A stretch of 63,541 nucleotides of DNA, counting the filler, from an uncultured bacterium (GTDB lineage: Bacteria > CAZSTA01): assembly GCA_964609495.1 (NCBI GenBank). It is 2 parts of 2 records of this genome, joined end to end, with 100 filler letters (N's around TTAATTAATTAA, not from the genome) between each part and the next. Parts side by side here need not be neighbours in the genome. Positions count along the whole stretch, not along the records: positions 32,035 to 63,541 come from CAZSTA010000019.1; 1 more part is not named here. One strand, given 5' to 3'. A model generated the notes under the pieces. It did not search any database, was not told the DNA's origin, and was given only the letters and a program-made list of their open reading frames with translations. Every line of letters begins with the position of its first letter. Within the stretch, counting starts at the first letter, position 1. Position numbers and translations under genes: made by a program. Below, piece after piece: positions 39,554 to 48,394 of this stretch.

Positions 39554-40222
39554 TTATATTCCAAAGGTTCTGTTTCTCCTACTGTACTCGTCCAGGACTT
39601 TTTGGATATCCTCCTTAGATAACTCCGGGAAGAATTTGGGTATGAACTCAAATTCAGTATATTGCATCAGGAAAAAAGGTCCGTCCGATATCCTCTTCTC
39701 CTTGGCTGTTCTTACTAAAAAATCGATCGGGGTATTAATCATACAGTTTCTAATTATATTATTGAAGTTCAGTTTCTCTCCTGATTCTATCGTTTTCTTT
39801 ATGGCCCTTAGCAAATCTCGAGTTCCTGAATAACCAAGCAAAAGATTAAATCTCCGCTTGGTATAATCCTTTGTTTCCGATTCAATACTATGGATAGCTT
39901 CTTGATAATAACGAGGTAAGAGATGCCTTTCTCCCGATACGAGAACTCTAATATTATTTTCATGTAACAGGAGATCCTGACTAAAATCTATCAAAGTCCT
40001 AGCCTGCACATCAAGAATAGGCTTTAAATCATTATCGTTCCTCTTTGTAAGGTTGGCATAAGATAAGCCAAAGAATGTGAATTAGTTTATCTTATCATCC
40101 ACTAATATCCATTCTACAAGGCTTCTCGCTGTTCTCGCTGCCTGCTCATAAGCCTCTCTGAGTGACAAATTATGCTTTTTGGCATATCTTCTGTCGCCGT
40201 CAGGGATTAATAAAACATGCAT
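39554..40222 (-). pseudogene. cis-prenyltransferase (UppS-like) with one in-frame TAA
   Basis: MHVLLIPDGDRRYA.., DFLVRTAKEKRISD, RRNRTFG; ATG 40222 overlaps upstream stop (TAATG); TAA at 40082-40084. Confidence 0.82.
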
Positions 40223-40872
40223 TATACTACCTTCTTCTCTATTTTCTTCGCTCTTTTTACCATATCAATTGTCCACATAACTTTCTCGGGTGAGAATTTT
40301 TTGGTGTATTTTACTATATTCTCTTCCGATGTGCACAGGAAAACACACTTTTTGGTATTTTTCTGAGCCATACAGTTTAGTTCAACGGCATAAGTCTTCC
40401 TTTTTGTATAATATTCTTGAGCTCCCGCAAATAAACCAGCCAGCATCCAATCAACGGGATATTTTTGTGGCCCATATCTGTTCTTCACCTCTTGGGCAAA
40501 AGTAGAACTCTCCGCTTCTAACAACATAAAATTCTTGTCTTCATCAACCTTTATTGTCTTGAATTTCCCCCAACCAAAAGCGTTTAATACCTTGCAGGAA
40601 ATATCCACAACATTAACTAGCGTTTTCTTTAGAGGAATACCATGCGTTTGGACAAAATCCCCTCCCATGAACTTGCTGGCCAGGAACTCGGCAATACCGT
40701 AATCAAGGCCAAAGACTTGGGAAAGATGGACATACTCTTTAGCCAAATGGGGAAGGAAATAAAGAACGACACTTTCCTCGCCAAATCTTATATATTCGTC
40801 TTTAAACTTGAGATAATGAAACATCCCAAATTCTTTGAGCAAGTCCAGCATAATCATTCTCCATGATTTCAC
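40222..40872 (-). CDS. V4R-domain ligand-binding protein
   Basis: FGWGKF, AGLFAG, VELNCMAQ....CVF. Confidence 0.75.
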   Translation of the reverse strand: MKSWRMIMLDLLKEFGMFHYLKFKDEYIRFGEESVVLYFLPHLAKEYVHLSQVFGLDYGIAEFLASKFMGGDFVQTHGIPLKKTLVNVVDISCKVLNAFGWGKFKTIKVDEDKNFMLLEAESSTFAQEVKNRYGPQKYPVDWMLAGLFAGAQEYYTKRKTYAVELNCMAQKNTKKCVFLCTSEENIVKYTKKFSPEKVMWTIDMVKRAKKIEKKVV

Positions 40873-40875
40873 CTT

Positions 40876-41601
40876 TTAGTCTTCCAAGGGTTTGATGGAC
40901 AACCCATTCTTATTTATTTCCATAGGGAATATATCCAAGGGATGGTCTACCCTTCTCATTTTGATTACTTCTAATGTTCTGGATACCTTTGTTTCCAACT
41001 CACTGATCTTTATCTTAATCACCCCATCGGAGATAAATTTCAAAACCTCGCTGGCAACTTGGAAATCCTTCCCATCTTCCGAGAGCAACAAAACTGTTTG
41101 ACCTGCCTTCCTTAATTCTCCTGCTAATTCATACAACCCTCTTCTCACATCAGCAAGAGAAGGAGTAAAAAGCGAAAGTTGAGAGCTACGTGCTAGAGGG
41201 GCTTTCCATCTTGGTTTGGTGATATATAAGGACAAGCATGTTACTGTATCCAGAACTAACCTGTCTGGCTTCTTTTTCTTGATAGTATTCACTATGTTCT
41301 TAAAAGTCTTGTCAAAGTTGAAGGGCACCATGGTCAATATAGACAAGTTTTTCTGCCTATCTAAATCCCAACCAAAACCCAATGCCGTCTTTTTAAGACT
41401 TTCCATTGGTTCTTCAAAAGAGATATAGAGGACTTTTTCTTTATTTTTGGCACCTTCCCTGGCAAATTGGAGACCAAAAGTGGATTTACCTGCTCCTGCA
41501 TCCCCAATGACTTCGATCAAAGAACCCTTTTCAAAACCACCTTGCAGTATTTTATCCAAGTATGAAATACCTGTCTTGATTTTTGTATTCATTATTATCA
41601 C
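40876..41601 (-). CDS. Single-domain KaiC/RAD55-like ATPase
   Basis: KTGISYLDKILQGG, GDAGAGKST, YISFEE, LVLDTV, DGVI, LEVIKMR. Confidence 0.9.
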   Translation of the reverse strand: MIIMNTKIKTGISYLDKILQGGFEKGSLIEVIGDAGAGKSTFGLQFAREGAKNKEKVLYISFEEPMESLKKTALGFGWDLDRQKNLSILTMVPFNFDKTFKNIVNTIKKKKPDRLVLDTVTCLSLYITKPRWKAPLARSSQLSLFTPSLADVRRGLYELAGELRKAGQTVLLLSEDGKDFQVASEVLKFISDGVIKIKISELETKVSRTLEVIKMRRVDHPLDIFPMEINKNGLSIKPLED

Positions 41602-41736
41602 AAATATATTTTTGGATTCCGGGCTTTATATATTTATTCGTATCGGCATCACCCGCAAGAGGTGGGCAAAACAGCCAAAAAACAAAGGTTTCAAATCTTC
41701 TTTATGAAAAACGAAAACATTGATGAAATAAGGGTG

Positions 41737-41884
41737 CCAGAGTGGGTGAAATTCGTAATGTCCTGTGTTCAGGTCCACCAACCTGCTCTCCGCAAATATA
41801 TGCTCAAAGAAAAAACTGAAGAAACGAAAACACCAGAGTGGGTGAAGTTCGTGATGTCCTGCGTTCAGGCCCGCCAACCTGCTC
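41737..41884 (+). repeat. Two 52-nt direct repeats, 96-nt period (41737-41788, 41833-41884)
   Basis: CCAGAGTGGGTGAARTTCGTRATGTCCTGYGTTCAGGYCCRCCAACCTGCTC; 5 differences, all transitions. Confidence 0.9.
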
Positions 41885-42046
41885 ACAAAAAAGCTTAAAT
41901 ACTTCTTCCGCCAATTATTTCTTGAGAGGTACGCATTATCTGTGAAAAAAGGGCATTACACTTTTCGCTTCATGCCCGGCAGGGGCATGGCATGAAAAGC
42001 ACAATGCCTACGTGCCTCTCTTAAAGATGTCCGTAGGTATTCACTC

Positions 42047-43240
42047 ATGCCAACTGAGTCTGAGGCAGCAGATAGAGAATTGAACAATGCCAAGAAAAGG
42101 GTCCAAAGGTTAGATACATCCCCCCGCAATCGAAAGGACATCTTGGATTTTGCATCTTTCTGCTTCGCAGAGGGTCTGAGCACTCGCCGTGTGATAAAAT
42201 ATATGAGCACTCTTTGCACTATAGCTAAGCGACTTCGCAAAGAGTTTCGCAAGGTCACTCGTGCGGATATACAAGCGTTAGTAGAAGGAATCGAACGTTC
42301 AGACTATTCTGGTTGGACCAAGCGTGATTTCCGTATTACCCTGAAGAAGTTTTTTCGCTGGCTTCGGGGCACGGAAGAATATCCAGATGAAGTAAAGTGG
42401 CTACGCACAGGCTTCCACGATGAACGCCAGAAGTTGCCAGAAGAATTGCTCACCCCGCAGGAAGTGCAGGCAATGATTGTAGCAGCCCGGACCGCCCGCG
42501 ACAAAGCCTTGATTGCTTCACTTTACGAAAGCGGGTGTAGAATAGGTGAGCTTCGCTCACTTCGCATCAAGCAGTTACAGCAGCACTCCTACGGTTTTCA
42601 AATCACAGTCGAAGGTAAGAAACGCCCCAGGCGACTCTTGCTTATCGCTTGTGCTCCCTACCTTACTACTTGGCTAAATCAACATCCTAGAAGGGAAGAC
42701 CCGAACGCCCCTTTGTGGATTAAATCAGACCACCGTGCCACGCAGCTCTCCCACGCCCGGGTTACGCATATTCTCAAAACATCTGCTAAGCGAGCGGGAA
42801 TTTCCAAGGCTGTGAACCCTTACAACTTTCGCCACAGCAGAGCCACCCACCTTGCCAATCACCTTACTGAAGCTCAAATGAATGTGTACTTAGGATGGGT
42901 CCAGGGCTCTGACATGGCTTCAAGGTATGTGCACCTCTCCGGCCGAGATATAGACCATGTCTTGCTCAAACTCAACCACATACCCACTTCTGAGGAAGAT
43001 AAGGCCAAAGACAACTTCTCCCTAAAGTCCTGCGCAAGGTGTAATCTCAAGAACCCACCAGGCCACAAGTTCTGCTCCCGCTGTGGTGCCATCTTGGACG
43101 AAGAGACTGCCCGAGAGGAAATGAAGAAAAACCTATACAAAAGCGGAGCAAGTGGAGTCATGGAGAGGCTTATTCGGGATGACGAGTTCCGGGCTATGCT
43201 CGAAAGGAAAATCGAGGAACTCGGCAAAGATAACAGGTAG
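42047..43240 (+). CDS. Tyrosine recombinase/integrase with C-terminal zinc ribbon
   Basis: ESGCRIGE, K, FRHSRAT, LGW, RYVH; CARC..FCSRCG. Confidence 0.92.
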   Translation: MPTESEAADRELNNAKKRVQRLDTSPRNRKDILDFASFCFAEGLSTRRVIKYMSTLCTIAKRLRKEFRKVTRADIQALVEGIERSDYSGWTKRDFRITLKKFFRWLRGTEEYPDEVKWLRTGFHDERQKLPEELLTPQEVQAMIVAARTARDKALIASLYESGCRIGELRSLRIKQLQQHSYGFQITVEGKKRPRRLLLIACAPYLTTWLNQHPRREDPNAPLWIKSDHRATQLSHARVTHILKTSAKRAGISKAVNPYNFRHSRATHLANHLTEAQMNVYLGWVQGSDMASRYVHLSGRDIDHVLLKLNHIPTSEEDKAKDNFSLKSCARCNLKNPPGHKFCSRCGAILDEETAREEMKKNLYKSGASGVMERLIRDDEFRAMLERKIEELGKDNR

Positions 43241-43341
43241 AGTGCTTATTCTCGTCCAGTAACTTCTTTTTCTCCTTCATCTGCACGAATAGCAAGCCCT
43301 CTCTCCGACAGCCTAAAATGCTGACCTGCCAATAGGCTGTC

Positions 43342-43527
43342 ATGACAAGCGACTATCGTTCTGATCGTCCCCGCCCCAGAAAATGTAGCAAGTGTATCTG
43401 CGGGATTGAGAATGACAGGGGCATCTGGTGTGCAATACTCAAGAAAATCCCTACTCCAAGGGAGGTCAAACGCTGCCGCCGCTTCTGCCCGAAGGTGATA
43501 CTAGATGATGCTGAAAACGATGCTTAA
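43342..43527 (+). CDS. Small Cys-rich hypothetical protein
   Basis: CSKC..WC..C..F pattern in 61 aa. Confidence 0.45.
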   Translation: MTSDYRSDRPRPRKCSKCICGIENDRGIWCAILKKIPTPREVKRCRRFCPKVILDDAENDA

Positions 43528-43657
43528 GAGAAAGAATTTCAATTCACGCTTCCTCGCAATCACGCCAAACAATCAGCAGGAGATATACCGGGTTTGCCCT
43601 GGTGTTAAGCTCAGGGATTGCCTAGGCTTTACCTAGCGGGGGAGGAGGAGGTATCTT

Positions 43658-44104
43658 ATGAGAGGAGTTATCGAGCAGATTTGGGAGAATGAAACCCGCA
43701 ATGGCAAGAAATACCTTACCGTGCGGATAGACGGCGAACGATACAGCATCTGGGATAAGAAGAACTTCGACGACCTTCAGGAAGGAAAAGAAATCGAATA
43801 TGAATTTCGCCAGAGCGGGAAGTACAAGCACCTCACGGATGTCAAACCAGTAGGGGAAGAAAAAGGTTCAGCGGAGCAAGGAGAGCTAACCTACAGACCA
43901 AGTAACAAGGATATACATATCACCAGGATGAGCTGCCTGAAATCAGCCACCGAGATCGTGGCGCCTGTTTACATGGATATAGAGAGCAAGCAGGAGCTGG
44001 TCATAGAACTCGCCAAGCGGTTTGAACGCTACGTGTTCGAGGATGACCTCGGAGCTTTAACTCAGGAAGATGAAGGTGAGCAGGATGCAGGGAAGAGTGG
44101 ATAA
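43658..44104 (+). CDS. Hypothetical protein, OB-fold-like N-domain (paralogue A)
   Basis: Strong GGAGGAGGAGG RBS; beta-rich N-domain plus ITRMSCLKSA helix. Confidence 0.7.
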   Translation: MRGVIEQIWENETRNGKKYLTVRIDGERYSIWDKKNFDDLQEGKEIEYEFRQSGKYKHLTDVKPVGEEKGSAEQGELTYRPSNKDIHITRMSCLKSATEIVAPVYMDIESKQELVIELAKRFERYVFEDDLGALTQEDEGEQDAGKSG

Positions 44105-44549
44105 AATCTGGCACAACCAGAGGACAGACGGCTCTGAGTACTGGGCACTGTCCATTAACGGTGAGCGTTACACCATTTGGGAAAAGGACCTCATAGCAGA
44201 CATCAAGGAAGGAGACTTGGTCGAGTTTGCCTTCACCTTTTCCGGTCGCTATCGCAACCTCACCGGGATCAGGCGACTGGCCTCTTCAGCCTTCACCACC
44301 GCAGACAAACTCGTTTCAGACCCGACATCCCTGCGAATAACGAGGATGAACTGTCTCCGGACCGCCGCGGAGATGCTCAAGGACACCACCTTGCTCCCAG
44401 AGCAGAAAGTCTCCTTGGCTATAACCATGGCGCAACAGCTCGAAAACCATGTCTTGGGTAACCCGGAGAATTCTGAATTGCAAGAGGTGATGAGACAAAA
44501 GGAAGACGACTGGCCAGACCTTCAAGACCAGCAGGAGGGAGGAGCATGA
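44085..44549 (+). CDS. Hypothetical protein, OB-fold-like N-domain (paralogue B)
   Basis: Aligns with paralogue A (GERYSIWD / GERYTIWE, ITRMNCLRTA); start placed at MQGRV. Confidence 0.7.
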   Translation: MQGRVDKIWHNQRTDGSEYWALSINGERYTIWEKDLIADIKEGDLVEFAFTFSGRYRNLTGIRRLASSAFTTADKLVSDPTSLRITRMNCLRTAAEMLKDTTLLPEQKVSLAITMAQQLENHVLGNPENSELQEVMRQKEDDWPDLQDQQEGGA

Positions 44550-45292
44550 ACGATGAACCTCACTTGTCGGTCAGCCAGCTCAGGACATACATGCAGTGCC
44601 CTTTGCAGTATTTCTTCCGCTACGTCTGCGGAGTGGAGAGACCCCCTACTCCCGAACTCATTCTGGGCCGCACTATCCACGAGACGTTGCACGACAACTA
44701 CCGCCAGAAGATTGAAAGCCATCGCGATTTGCCCCTTTCCCAGATTACGGACATCTTCAGCGACCACTGGGACAGGGAAGTCAAGGAAGCCGAGTTTCAA
44801 GATGATGAGAACTCCGGACACTTCAAGGACCAGGGCATCCAGTTGCCTACCGCCTACCACCAAGGTGTCTCCCCCGTGGTCCAGCCCATTGAAGTGGAGA
44901 AGGAATTCCTTTTTGATACCGGAGTTACCGAACTGCCGCTGAAAGGCTACATAGACCTCATTGACGACCAGCACTACATCATAGACCACAAGACCAGCAA
45001 GCGGAGCTTCCCCAAGGACGCCGCTGATAGGAACATCCAGCTGACCGCCTATGCCTTGGCCCATCGGAAACTTTACGGAGACAAAGAGAGAGGCGTGAGG
45101 ATGGATATAATGGTAAAGACCAAACAGCCCAAGATACAGCAGCTGCAGTCAACCAGAAGTCAGGCGGATATAGACCGCTTCCTGCGCCTCGCTAAGAATG
45201 TCGAAGATGACATAAAGGCTGGCATCTTCTACCCGAATGAGAACTATATGTGCAGTCCCTGTGGGTACAGGGAAATGTGCGATGAGTGGTAG
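44546..45292 (+). CDS. RecB/Cas4-like PD-(D/E)xK nuclease with Fe-S Cys staple
   Basis: LSVSQL..YMQCP, GRTIH, GYIDL, IIDHKT, QLTAY, CSPCGYREMC. Confidence 0.88.
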   Translation: MNDEPHLSVSQLRTYMQCPLQYFFRYVCGVERPPTPELILGRTIHETLHDNYRQKIESHRDLPLSQITDIFSDHWDREVKEAEFQDDENSGHFKDQGIQLPTAYHQGVSPVVQPIEVEKEFLFDTGVTELPLKGYIDLIDDQHYIIDHKTSKRSFPKDAADRNIQLTAYALAHRKLYGDKERGVRMDIMVKTKQPKIQQLQSTRSQADIDRFLRLAKNVEDDIKAGIFYPNENYMCSPCGYREMCDEW

Positions 45293-45497
45293 AAAGTTTT
45301 TACCCCGTGCTGCTAATCTTTCCTTGGCGAAACAATCCTGGTGGGCAGCCTGCCTCTTTTAACCTTTTGAGTGAGGCTTTCTAAGAAGGGGTTATTTTTA
45401 ACTAAAGTCTTTTTTTTCTACTATTACTTACCCCTCTTCCAAGGCTTCCAGGGGCTTCCTGGTGGCTCTCCGTTGATTTTAGAAATGATGTCAAACA

Positions 45498-46058
45498 TCA
45501 ATCTCCATTCCCTATCTCTTCGTAAGGCTTGCTCATCCACTTGATCTCCTCTTCTGTGGGAACCTGGTAGCCGCCCGCAACCCTGCCATTGGTAAGCTCC
45601 CTCAGTGCCCTTGGATCGATCATAGATGCAGGATTGAGTGAAGGAGCAGGCTGGAAACTGCTGGAATATCCTGCAAGCCCTGGGTTGTTGAGCTGGGCTG
45701 CATTGGGGGTGATGTTGAAGCTGACCTTGGCGCCGCCCGGAGGCATGCCATACATCCCCTCAGTGTAGGCAGGAAGGGCAGTTCTTATAGTGTCGTTGGC
45801 TATTGCGTTCATTGTCCTCAGGTTGTTGATGTGCTGGCGGTGTAGCCTGAGTATAATCCACAAAATCCCAGCCGCGAAGATGATGACTAAGATAGCCCAG
45901 TAAATCATCTTCTTCTCTTCCATAGTGAAAGCTTGCGACATCGAATTTGCCAGCGACACGAAAAAGGCAATGACCAAGATAGAAATCAATATCGCTATCG
46001 TCGCGCCGATGAAAATGGCTATGATTTGCCCGGTAGTGAGGCCATTTTCTCTTTCCAT
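45498..46058 (-). CDS. Membrane protein, two transmembrane helices
   Basis: Two hydrophobic stretches; GGAGG RBS. Confidence 0.7.
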   Translation of the reverse strand: MERENGLTTGQIIAIFIGATIAILISILVIAFFVSLANSMSQAFTMEEKKMIYWAILVIIFAAGILWIILRLHRQHINNLRTMNAIANDTIRTALPAYTEGMYGMPPGGAKVSFNITPNAAQLNNPGLAGYSSSFQPAPSLNPASMIDPRALRELTNGRVAGGYQVPTEEEIKWMSKPYEEIGNGD

Positions 46059-46169
46059 TTTGATTTTCCTCCTTTTGTTAGAACTTCGTTCACTTCGTTC
46101 TTATCTCATTTTTTGGCTGAAAACTGGCAGAAATCGTAAAATGACTGATGCACGAACGAAGCCAAAAGT

Positions 46170-47555
46170 TCAGCTCTGCAAAGACTTTTTTGCCTCGTTC
46201 AGGCCCAATAAATAGAACACTTCGTTCAGCCTTCGTTCGTTCACTTTGTTCGTATCGGTTTTGTATCTTTTCGGTAAAATCACCTTGAGTTTATTCAAGC
46301 TCTCCATAATATTGGCAGCCGTCCTGGAACCGAATCCCAAATCTTTCACAAGCTTTTCCCGCGACGCTTCACCCCTGTCGCGAAGGTAGAACCAGACCTC
46401 GACTGGGATATTCTCAGCCTTTATCTTTTTCCTCTCCTTCAGGCCTCTCATTTCGTCAGGTTCTCTTTCTTCTCTCAGCTTTTCAAGGGGAGAAAAGATA
46501 TCCCCGCTCAGCAAGATAAGCCTTGGCTTTTCCATACTTTCTGCTGTCCTGGGTAAAGCTTTAATCCTGCTGGGGTTGACAAGAGGGGTCTGAACCCGCT
46601 GGTTTCTGGGCCCCAGCACCACGACAGCGTCGCCTTCACCTTCAAGAAGATGGCAGTCAAGCTTGGGATGTCCTGAAACCAGGGCACTTTCTCTGGCGTT
46701 CCAGACCTGGAAGATAACCCTGAAGGTCAAGTTCTGCCTGATTACCGGGGAGCCTCCGAAGACGTCCTTGCTCCCGGTCTGGGTTGCCAAAACCAGGATT
46801 ATCCCTTCGCTCCTTCCCCTTTCAATCAGACGCTCCACATAAAAGGTAGCCCTCTTCTTCTTAGCTAAAAGATTGGTGAACTCGTCAAGCACCACCACTA
46901 CCCTCTCGCCTTTCATCACCCGTTTGCTCCTTAGCTCCATCTCCACCTCAAGTTCGGAAAGCATGTGGGTTATGATGTCCGGGTCATCGGTTATCGGGTA
47001 AAGCAGGGGTTTAGTCCCTTCGAAATCAGCGAAGTCCATAATCTTGGGGCTGTAGATTACGAGCCTCGTGCTGCCATCGGTGCGTTCCGCAATCTGCGTT
47101 ATGATACAGCGCAGGAATTCGCTCTTACCGCTTCCGCTGGTACCGAATATTCCGAGATGGGGCGCCACATTAGTCCCCAGCTTCTGCATCACCACTTCCC
47201 CTTTCGGGCTTACGCCCAAGATGATGTTCAAGGGGTTGTCAAGGGCCCTTGGACGGAAGCTCCGCACCCTCTCCGTAACGCCCGTCAGGGTCACCAGTTG
47301 GCGGTGAGGGGAGGGAATCATTAACTCATAGCATCCATTTCCGAGCGTGAGCGAGACTTTAGCTGGCTTAACGCCGAGGGCGACCGCAAGCTCCTCTTGA
47401 TACTTGGCAATGTTCTTGACATCGGGGATACTGCTGTAGATGGGGAAGGTAAGGTGTCTCGGTCCGATGATGGGCTTCCCGACAACGACATTCTTTTCAA
47501 GCAGAGAGAAAACGTCGTAAATCTTATCTATGCAATACAAAAGATAAATGCGCAT
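46170..47555 (-). CDS. FtsK/SpoIIIE-domain ATPase
   Basis: PHLGIFGTSGSGKS, VVVLDEF, RGRSEGIILVLATQ, LLEGEGDA. Confidence 0.85.
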   Translation of the reverse strand: MRIYLLYCIDKIYDVFSLLEKNVVVGKPIIGPRHLTFPIYSSIPDVKNIAKYQEELAVALGVKPAKVSLTLGNGCYELMIPSPHRQLVTLTGVTERVRSFRPRALDNPLNIILGVSPKGEVVMQKLGTNVAPHLGIFGTSGSGKSEFLRCIITQIAERTDGSTRLVIYSPKIMDFADFEGTKPLLYPITDDPDIITHMLSELEVEMELRSKRVMKGERVVVVLDEFTNLLAKKKRATFYVERLIERGRSEGIILVLATQTGSKDVFGGSPVIRQNLTFRVIFQVWNARESALVSGHPKLDCHLLEGEGDAVVVLGPRNQRVQTPLVNPSRIKALPRTAESMEKPRLILLSGDIFSPLEKLREEREPDEMRGLKERKKIKAENIPVEVWFYLRDRGEASREKLVKDLGFGSRTAANIMESLNKLKVILPKRYKTDTNKVNERRLNEVFYLLGLNEAKKSLQS

Positions 47556-47582
47556 AATTTTTCACCTTTTTCTAATCTGTGC

Positions 47583-47611
47583 TTGTCTTAAACCAAAAAA
47601 TCTGATATAAT
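47583..47611 (+). promoter_or_regulatory. sigma70-type promoter pointing against merR-ftsK
   Basis: TTGTCT-17 nt-TATAAT with extended TG. Confidence 0.65.
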
Positions 47612-47727
47612 AGCAAATGGCTAGAGTGGCCAGCGATGGTGCTTTAGCTGGTGGGAGCCTTAGTTCTCCTGGGTAAGGTGTTTCTAAGGCCCCCACCTCA
47701 AAATGAGAGTTGATGATCGGAAAAGTC

Positions 47728-47964
47728 CTAGCCTTCTTCTTTCAAGATTTCTTTTATCTGGGTCAGCTTGAACCCCCTTTCTTTGAGTTCGCGGATTCGG
47801 GCTATCTTTTGCATCGCTTCTTCCCTTCTGAACATTCTCAGCCCTCCAACATACTCGGGTGTCAATATCTCCCTATCACAGTAATATCTGATCGTCGATA
47901 TGGGCAACCCACTCAGCTTCGACAGCTCTCCGATGGTGAGCAGTTCCTTTTTCTCTAAGCTCAT
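47728..47964 (-). CDS. MerR-family HTH protein (excisionase-like size)
   Basis: LLTIGELSKLSGLPISTIRYY..GGLRMF. Confidence 0.85.
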   Translation of the reverse strand: MSLEKKELLTIGELSKLSGLPISTIRYYCDREILTPEYVGGLRMFRREEAMQKIARIRELKERGFKLTQIKEILKEEG

Positions 47965-48020
47965 AGATGTTTCCTTTCAGCTTCTAATGGGCAGTCGATT
48001 TACTGTGGATAGTTTTCTTA

Positions 48021-48049
48021 ACTATACCACAAATTCCTAGAAAAAGCAA
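48021..48049 (-). promoter_or_regulatory. sigma70-type promoter of merR-ftsK
   Basis: TTGCTT-17 nt-TATAGT with TG. Confidence 0.6.
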
Positions 48050-48394
48050 CAGGATTACAAAAAAAATATTCTAACAAATTCACAGCTACCACAAATATAA
48101 AAGCTCTCCAATAAACTGGAGAGCTATCTTTTTGCCTCCCTTCAGGCCCCTTTCAATAGAGCCTATCACTTCAACTGCTGTGATTCTGTAGTCTCTTGCA
48201 GAATATGTTTTTCGAGCAATTTTTCAAAGACAATCTCACCTCAAAATTGGTGTTGGAAATAGATATCTTTAAGTTCACTTATAGTGAGATTTTTCTACCT
48301 TCGGATCCTTACATTTAGCTACAGAGATAGCTCTAAAAGTCAGTTATAATGTGTTTCGATATTTAGGAATATCGAAGTAAATAGGATGTAAAGA

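Noticed and set aside
33602-40084. Stop-codon recoding or selenocysteine
   Set aside because: The two premature stops differ (TGA, TAA), lie in accessory genes, and all three stops end normal genes here
41737-41884. Mini CRISPR array linked to the Cas4-like gene, or tRNA-derived att site
   Set aside because: Only two 52-nt units, longer than typical repeats, no cas1/cas2; no convincing cloverleaf or T-arm
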